A stretch of 64,000 nt of DNA, from assembly GCA_963664225.1 (NCBI GenBank), contig OY760937.1, positions 2,112,001-2,176,000 on the forward strand, written 5' to 3'. Origin of the DNA: Verrucomicrobiia bacterium. GTDB taxonomy: Bacteria; Verrucomicrobiota; Verrucomicrobiia; Limisphaerales; UBA1319. The first letter of the stretch is position 1. Each line of letters starts with the position of its first letter. This document shows, in pieces, positions 57,860 to 64,000 of this stretch. The position numbers and the translations under genes are program-made. The notes under the pieces are model-generated. The model was given only the letters and a program-made list of their open reading frames with translations. It ran no database searches and had not been told where the DNA came from.

Positions 57860-57980
57860 GCTGCGTGCTGCCGCTCCAGAGGATGGAGGTTGGGCCGGGG
57901 CAAGAGTTGCAGGTCGATTTCGGCCAGGGAGCGTGGATGATTGAGAACGGCCACCGTCGCAAAACCCATTTGTTTCGCTC
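57860..57980 (+). pseudogene. IS21-family IstA transposase fragment
   Basis: RMEVGPGQELQVDFG...RRKTHLF; truncated on both sides. Confidence 0.7.
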
Positions 57981-58015
57981 CGCTCCTGTGTCCGTCAAAT
58001 CGGGGCAACCTCACC

Positions 58016-59137
58016 TCAATCCCCAAACGAAACGTCCAGTGTGCGCGCGGTCATCACGCCGTAGTCGTCCGCAGCAACGAGTTTGAGCTTTGCGGTCGCC
58101 ACTCTCAGTGGAACATAATCAAGTCGCGGCGGGTTGACGGCGACCATCACGCCATCGTGACCTTCAACCAAAGCACGCACCGCCGCCGCGCCGAAGATCA
58201 AGCCAAGTGACCGGTCGAGCGAAGTGGGCTGGCCGCCGCGCAACAGATGACCGAGCACCACTGTGCGCGTTTCCTTCCCGGTCAATTCCCCCAATTGACC
58301 GGCCACGATCTCGCCCACGCCGCCGAGCCGTTCGACGTGCCCTGCACTTGCCGCTTCCTTCAAAGTCACCCCGCCGCCGGACGGCTTCGCGCCCTCGGCC
58401 ACGACGACGATGGAGTATTGCCGGTCGCTGCCCGCTGTCTTGCGTTTGATGTGCGCGGCGACTTTGGCGATGTCATACGGGATTTCCGGAATGAGAATCG
58501 CATCGGCCCGGCCGGCGATGCCGGCATGCAGCGCAAGCCACCCCGCATACCGGCCCATCACTTCCACCACCATCACCCGCCGGTGCGATTCGGCGGTGAA
58601 ATGCAGGCGGTCAATGCACTCGGTCGCAAACGACACCGCGCTGTCAAAGCCGAACGTCGTCATCGTGGACTCAAGATCGTTATCAATCGTCTTTGGCACG
58701 CCGATGACGCGCAATCCCTTTTTGTGCAAGCCGCACGCAATGTTGAGCGACCCATCGCCGCCGACGGAAATGAGAGCGTCGAGCCGGCGTTCCCGGAAAC
58801 GGCGCAACACTTCTTCGCTGCGGTCGATTTCCGTGAACGAACCATCCGGCTGCGGCACGCGCGTCTTGAATGGATTACCGTAATTGCTCGTGCCCAGAAT
58901 GGTGCCGCCAAGGTGCTCGATGTTGCGAACGAGCGGGCGCGTCAGTTTTATCACTCCGCCATCGGGATAGTTTTCGGGATGCAGCAATCCATCGAATCCG
59001 TCCCGGATGCCGTGGATTTCCCAGCCGTGAGTGTGCGCGGCGTGGACGGCGGCATGGATGACAGCATTCAATCCTGGCGCATCACCGCCTCCGGTGTTGA
59101 TGGCGATTCGTTTAAAGGTGTTCATGGTTTTGTTCAT
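58016..59137 (-). CDS. pfkA: 6-phosphofructokinase (group III-like, probably ATP-dependent)
   Basis: TGGGDAPGLN, GGTILG, GGDGS, PKTIDND, EVMGR. Confidence 0.93.
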   Translation of the reverse strand: MNKTMNTFKRIAINTGGGDAPGLNAVIHAAVHAAHTHGWEIHGIRDGFDGLLHPENYPDGGVIKLTRPLVRNIEHLGGTILGTSNYGNPFKTRVPQPDGSFTEIDRSEEVLRRFRERRLDALISVGGDGSLNIACGLHKKGLRVIGVPKTIDNDLESTMTTFGFDSAVSFATECIDRLHFTAESHRRVMVVEVMGRYAGWLALHAGIAGRADAILIPEIPYDIAKVAAHIKRKTAGSDRQYSIVVVAEGAKPSGGGVTLKEAASAGHVERLGGVGEIVAGQLGELTGKETRTVVLGHLLRGGQPTSLDRSLGLIFGAAAVRALVEGHDGVMVAVNPPRLDYVPLRVATAKLKLVAADDYGVMTARTLDVSFGD

Positions 59138-59139
59138 GG

Positions 59140-61626
59140 TTATTCGGTTAAAAATGGTTCGGCGTGCCAGATCTCCCTGGCATAATCGGTAATCGTGCGA
59201 TCGCTGGAGAACCTGCCGGACGCGGCGATGTTCAGGATCACCTTTCGTGTCCACGCCGACTGGTCGGAATACAATTCCCCCAGTCGTTGCTGGGCCTGGG
59301 CGTAACCGGTGATGTCGGCCAGATGCCGGTAATGGTCGCCGTGTTGCAGCAGCGCATCGAGAATGGGTGTGAAGATGCCGGGCTCGTTTTGGCTGAAATG
59401 ATTACTGGCAATCAGGTCGAGCGCGGCGCGGGTTTCCGGCTCGTTCTCGTAGTGCCAGCGCGGATTATACCAGCCGCGACTTCCCTCGACCTGCTCCGCA
59501 GTCTGGCCGAACAGGAATAAGTTTTCCTCGCCGGCTGCTTCGGCCATTTCGATGGTCGCACCGTCGCGTGTCCCAATGGTCAGCGCGCCGTTCATCATGA
59601 ATTTCATGTTGCTCGTCCCGCTGGCTTCGTAGCCGGCCGTCGAGATCTGTTCGGAGACATCGCTGGCCGGGATGAGATACTCCGCGACGGAGACGCGATA
59701 GTCCGGCACAAAGACGACATTCAACCGGCCTTTGGCGATCGGATCGCCGTCGAGCGTGGCAGCAAGGTTGTTGATGAACTTGATGACGAGCTTGGCGAAG
59801 TGGTAGGCGGGCGCGGCCTTGCCGGCGAAGAAAAAGGTGCGCGGCGGAACGTCGAGATGCGGGTTTCCGCGCAGGCGATTGTAGAGCACGACGATGTGCA
59901 GCGCATTCAAAAGTTGCCGTTTGTATTCATGGATGCGTTTGATTTGGGTGTCGAAAATCGTGTCGGGATCGATCCCCGGTCTTCCCAGCCACTTGATGAA
60001 GCGCGTCTTCGCGTCGCGTTTGGCTTTGCGGACGGCGGCGCAAAACGAACTATCGTCGGCGAGCGGTTTTAATTTCTCCAACTGTGCCAGGTCGGTGATC
60101 CAGCCATCGCCTATGGCCCCGGTGATGACCGCCGCCAGCGACGGGTTTGCCAGCAGCAGCCAGCGGCGTGGTGTGACGCCATTGGTTTTATTGTTGAAGC
60201 GTTCGGGAAACAGGGCTGCGAAGTCCGGCACAACCCTCTGCTTGAGTAACTCCGAATGCAACGCAGCCACACCGTTGGTGCTGTGCGAGCCGACGATGGC
60301 CAGATGTGCCATGCGAACCTGGCGAACCGGGCCTTCTTCGATCAGGCTGACGCGCTCGACCCGCCCGGTGTCGCCGGGGCACCGCGCGCGCACATCGTCG
60401 AGGAAACGGCGATTGATTTCGTAAATGATTTCGAGATGGCGCGGCAGCAAATCCTGAAACCACCGCACCGGCCATTTCTCCAACGCTTCAGGCAGCAGCG
60501 TGTGATTCGTGTAAGCCAGGGTGCGTTGCGTGAGATTCCACGCGTCGGGCCAACTCAGTTTCGCTTCGTCCAGCAGCAGCCGCATCAATTCCGGCACGGC
60601 GATGGAAGGATGCGTGTCGTTGAGTTGGATGGCGACCTTCCCGGGCAGCGCGGACCAATCATTGCCGTCGGCCCGGAAGCGGCGGACCAGATCGGCCAGC
60701 GAGCAGGCGACGAGAAAGTATTCCTGCAAGAACCGCAGACCTCTGCCTTCCGTCGTGTGATCGTCGGGATACAACACGCGCGTAATCGTCTCGGCGGTGA
60801 GCGTTTCGGCCAGGGCGCCGACGAAATCACCGCTGCTAAACTGGGAGAAGTCGAAATCATTCGAAGCCTTGACGACCCACAGGCGCAGCGTGTTGATCGT
60901 TTTGCCGCCGTAGCCGACAACGGGCCGGTCGTAGGGAATGCCAATGAGGGTGGACGGTCGCCCTTCGACAACGCGCAGCGCGCCGCCGCGAATCTCGAAC
61001 GACACGTCGAGCTTCACCTCCACGGCTTCGTTGGGCCGGGCCACTTCCCACGGATCGGGCCGGGTGAGCCAGTGGTCGGGTTGTTCGGCCTGCCAGCCGT
61101 CGCGGATACTTTGCCGGAAAATGCCGTAGTCGTAGCGCAAGCCATAGCCCATGCCGGCAATGCCGAGGGTTGCCATGGAATCGAGAAAACACGCCGCCAA
61201 CCGTCCCAGGCCGCCGTTGCCGAGACCCGCGTCCGGTTCCTGCTCGATGATTTGCAGCGGATCGAGTTGGTGATGCTGGCAGAATTGCCGCACCTCGGGG
61301 TCAATGAGGAGATTGGCGATGTTGTTGGCCAGAGCGCGACCGAGCAGAAATTCCATCGAGAGGTAGTAAACGCGCTTGGCGTTGCGTTGCCGGTAAGTCT
61401 GCCCGGTCTTCAGCCAGCGTTGCGAAAGCACGTCGCGCACGGAATGGGCGATCGCTTCGAACTTGTCGCGGTCGGTGGTCTCCGCTTCCGCGACGACCTG
61501 GTCGAACGTAACGTGCCGCTCATAAAAAGCGTCGGAGTCACCGAATAGCTTAATTGGCCCGCAGTCGTAATGTTCGACAAGAGCCTTCTTTGTTCCAGGG
61601 CTGCTTTTCATACTTTTGGTGTTCAT
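59140..61626 (-). CDS. glgP: Glycogen/starch phosphorylase
   Basis: GNGGLGRLAAC, QLNDTHP, KRIHEYKRQ, EASGTSNMK. Confidence 0.97.
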   Translation of the reverse strand: MNTKSMKSSPGTKKALVEHYDCGPIKLFGDSDAFYERHVTFDQVVAEAETTDRDKFEAIAHSVRDVLSQRWLKTGQTYRQRNAKRVYYLSMEFLLGRALANNIANLLIDPEVRQFCQHHQLDPLQIIEQEPDAGLGNGGLGRLAACFLDSMATLGIAGMGYGLRYDYGIFRQSIRDGWQAEQPDHWLTRPDPWEVARPNEAVEVKLDVSFEIRGGALRVVEGRPSTLIGIPYDRPVVGYGGKTINTLRLWVVKASNDFDFSQFSSGDFVGALAETLTAETITRVLYPDDHTTEGRGLRFLQEYFLVACSLADLVRRFRADGNDWSALPGKVAIQLNDTHPSIAVPELMRLLLDEAKLSWPDAWNLTQRTLAYTNHTLLPEALEKWPVRWFQDLLPRHLEIIYEINRRFLDDVRARCPGDTGRVERVSLIEEGPVRQVRMAHLAIVGSHSTNGVAALHSELLKQRVVPDFAALFPERFNNKTNGVTPRRWLLLANPSLAAVITGAIGDGWITDLAQLEKLKPLADDSSFCAAVRKAKRDAKTRFIKWLGRPGIDPDTIFDTQIKRIHEYKRQLLNALHIVVLYNRLRGNPHLDVPPRTFFFAGKAAPAYHFAKLVIKFINNLAATLDGDPIAKGRLNVVFVPDYRVSVAEYLIPASDVSEQISTAGYEASGTSNMKFMMNGALTIGTRDGATIEMAEAAGEENLFLFGQTAEQVEGSRGWYNPRWHYENEPETRAALDLIASNHFSQNEPGIFTPILDALLQHGDHYRHLADITGYAQAQQRLGELYSDQSAWTRKVILNIAASGRFSSDRTITDYAREIWHAEPFLTE

Positions 61627-63050
61627 GGATTTTGCAATTGAATGGCATTTTTCGCGGCTGCTGCGGCGGGTTGGGCTGGTGAATCCGATTTGATTGACTG
61701 GTCCCGAAGGTCAGACACCAACCGTCTGAATTCCTCGTTGCCGGCAAGTTGGCGGGCGGCCAACTGGCGCAGGCGGTCCACTGTCTTTGAAGGAAGCCGA
61801 AGCGAAGTGGGCACGGAATTAAAGAATCGGCGTTCCGACTCATCGGCCAGTTGATTGAAATGCAGCTCGATAACGTAGGGGGTGATTTCGGGCGGCTGGG
61901 AATCGCCGGAGCCGGTCCGCTCACGCGAAAGACGCGCCATGGTTTCCTGAAACAATTCAATGGTTTCAAAGGAGTAATGGCTCACGGCAGCTCCGCTAAC
62001 CGAACCGATCAGCGATCCCAAACCAAGCGGGTGCTCTTTGGAATCCCAGCCGTAGTCCCGGTCCGTGTGCGCATCAACGACGATAAGTGCAACGCGGCGA
62101 GGCAACTTCGAAGGCGCGCTTGGGAGGAGAGTGGACTGTTCGTGCGCTATAGCCCTGTCAAGGGCGCCGCGCAATCCGAGATTGTCGGACAGTCCGCCGT
62201 CGAGCAAATGAATGAAGTGCCGATGCCCGTCCACATATGAGCGCGCCTGCAAAGCGACGTATTTCATGCGGGTCGAGGCGGCCGGGTCCTTCAATATAGC
62301 CTGTACCCATTCCGGCTCGGCCTCCGCCTTCCCCGCCGAATAGTTCTTGAGCACCACCGGGGTTAGACAAATTGGGAACGCAGAGGAGGCGGCAACAGCG
62401 CGGGAAATCGGGAATTGCGAAAGGTCCGATCCGATCAGATCAAATTCGTCCTGGGTGAATTCGAACCGCGCGCCGGAGGCGACATCCGTGGCATTGATGC
62501 TGAGAAATGGCCGGTTGCTCTGTGTCATCAAATCCGCAAACGTTGCGCCTTTGAAAAGCAGGCGATCATAATACTTCGCCGCCAGGTCGCTCCGGCTGAA
62601 TTTTGGCGAAGCCAGCCTGACTTGATTACAGGGTGACAAAACGCGAAGCAGCAAATCGGTCTGGACATCCTTCTTGAGAAACTGAGATTCGAAGTCAGAA
62701 AAAATGCGATCGCCCCAGAGCGCATAGTAGGCCGCGGTAAAACTGCCGCCGGACACCGAGGAGATGGTGTCCACCTCATCGAGCATCCGGTGTTGCTTTC
62801 CCTTTGCGCACACTGGCGTGCGCGCGAGTTCCTCCAGCACGCCGTACGACAGCGCTGCGGCGCGTGTGCCGCCGCCAGAAAACGCCAGCATCAAGAGCAA
62901 GTCGGAGGAATTTGTGGACGGCGCAACATGGCCAAACCGATAACCAGCGGATGCGTCACCTGATTTCAACCGTGCGTTTTGCGGATAATGGGCGCAGCCG
63001 CTGACGAGCAGCAGAACCGCCAGAAATATTGAAACAGGTTTTAAGACCAT
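61623..63050 (-). CDS. Patatin-like phospholipase lipoprotein
   Basis: Lipobox VSGC; SGGGTRA, SVSGGS, DGG. Confidence 0.9.
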   Translation of the reverse strand: MVLKPVSIFLAVLLLVSGCAHYPQNARLKSGDASAGYRFGHVAPSTNSSDLLLMLAFSGGGTRAAALSYGVLEELARTPVCAKGKQHRMLDEVDTISSVSGGSFTAAYYALWGDRIFSDFESQFLKKDVQTDLLLRVLSPCNQVRLASPKFSRSDLAAKYYDRLLFKGATFADLMTQSNRPFLSINATDVASGARFEFTQDEFDLIGSDLSQFPISRAVAASSAFPICLTPVVLKNYSAGKAEAEPEWVQAILKDPAASTRMKYVALQARSYVDGHRHFIHLLDGGLSDNLGLRGALDRAIAHEQSTLLPSAPSKLPRRVALIVVDAHTDRDYGWDSKEHPLGLGSLIGSVSGAAVSHYSFETIELFQETMARLSRERTGSGDSQPPEITPYVIELHFNQLADESERRFFNSVPTSLRLPSKTVDRLRQLAARQLAGNEEFRRLVSDLRDQSIKSDSPAQPAAAAAKNAIQLQNP

Positions 63051-63583
63051 GATTGTTCTCCACAGAGATGTTTTGGTTCGGCAGCGTCCGGCACGAGATC
63101 GTCGGGGAAATACTCCTGAATTGCCGAAAGAAGCCGCCGCGCGAGATTCCCGTCTTTCACCAAAAAAGCGTCAGCACCTGCAGCCATGCACCTGGCCCGG
63201 GCCTCTGGCGTGTCGTCGCTGGTCACAACGAATACGATGGGCGGATTCGGCAGTTGTTTTAGGCGGCGCGCGGTTTCCGCGCCGTCCATCCGAGGCATAT
63301 GCAGGTCTGTAACCATCAAGTCCAGTCGAAGTGTTGAAGCGTTACAGAGCGCTTTTCGGCCATCCGGCGCGGCGCCCACGATGAATATCCGCGGGTTCTT
63401 GGACACAATCCTGGCCATCAATGCCATCAGGAATGGACAGTCCTCCGCCAGAAACGCACGTATAGTGCGGGTGGGTAAACTGTCATTCTCCGGCGCGGAA
63501 CATTGTGATTTTTCAATACATGCTTTCATTAACGCTTTTCCTCCGGGGCATTCGCCGGGCTTTTGATTCGAGACGGAGTCCAC
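63041..63583 (-). CDS. Single-domain response regulator (start uncertain)
   Basis: LAED, TDLHMPRMDG, GADAFLVK. Confidence 0.85.
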   Translation of the reverse strand: MDSVSNQKPGECPGGKALMKACIEKSQCSAPENDSLPTRTIRAFLAEDCPFLMALMARIVSKNPRIFIVGAAPDGRKALCNASTLRLDLMVTDLHMPRMDGAETARRLKQLPNPPIVFVVTSDDTPEARARCMAAGADAFLVKDGNLARRLLSAIQEYFPDDLVPDAAEPKHLCGEQSWS

Positions 63584-64000
63584 CGCAGCAAGTCCATTGG
63601 CAGCGTGGTTTCGGGCATCCCCTCTGGCGTTGGAAAGGCGCTGACTCGGGTGATGTTGTTGGGATTGATGAAGCCAATGCCGCCCCCCTTCAAGCAGAAT
63701 GGAATGACCGGCAGGTCGAACAAGTGCGCAAACGACTGACGCTGATCGTGGACCGTGCCCCGAGTCATCGCCACCACCTTCAGTGTGCTAACCCATCCGC
63801 CGAGAGTGTGAATTTCCACCTTTGAAACGAGCGGGTTTAATGGATCAATACAATCACTGTCTGAGAGATCATTACCGGCGACCGTCTCTTCGCCCGATTG
63901 CTCATTCTGGAACTCGGTAATATTGATCGGTCCCAGAGGAGACTTCAGTGGGAAAATCACCGGAACCTGAACGGATGTGTGGGCGAGGATAATGTCAATC
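63529..64000 (-). CDS. Hypothetical protein, C-terminal part; runs off the right edge
   Basis: Frame open to the window end, same strand and overlapping the receiver gene. Confidence 0.55.
   Translation of the reverse strand, partial: IDIILAHTSVQVPVIFPLKSPLGPINITEFQNEQSGEETVAGNDLSDSDCIDPLNPLVSKVEIHTLGGWVSTLKVVAMTRGTVHDQRQSFAHLFDLPVIPFCLKGGGIGFINPNNITRVSAFPTPEGMPETTLPMDLLRWTPSRIKSPANAPEEKR

Overview
GC-rich bacterial chromosomal segment, most consistent with a Verrucomicrobium-type (PVC) organism. This is inferred from five PEP-CTERM genes, the REP-like repeat style and the C-terminal FYR domains; it was not tested by search. Housekeeping flanks carry a CDF transporter, LysM/TPR lipoprotein, aldo-keto reductase, GH57, Fba, Pgl, an ECF-sigma/MacAB operon, PhoH, a full kdpFABCDE locus, a P-type ATPase operon, Pfk, GlgP and a patatin. 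They surround an accessory zone at about 17.3-39.3 kb. That zone holds (i) an HD-domain/HSP90-like ATPase fusion, (ii) a tandem array of mosaic PEP-CTERM genes in which a ~550-bp REP-rich leader recurs three times and appears to contain a decayed RAYT 5' end, (iii) two complete group II introns, each inserted precisely in a repeat element, and (iv) an apparently intact, isolated Mu-like lysis/packaging operon with no portal, capsid or transposase in the window. Also notable are a 161-bp duplication that creates an in-frame chimeric mini-ORF in the MacAB operon and a Cys-rich RAPS-ending leader ORF ahead of the P-type ATPase. All family calls are from motif recognition by eye; no database searches were run.
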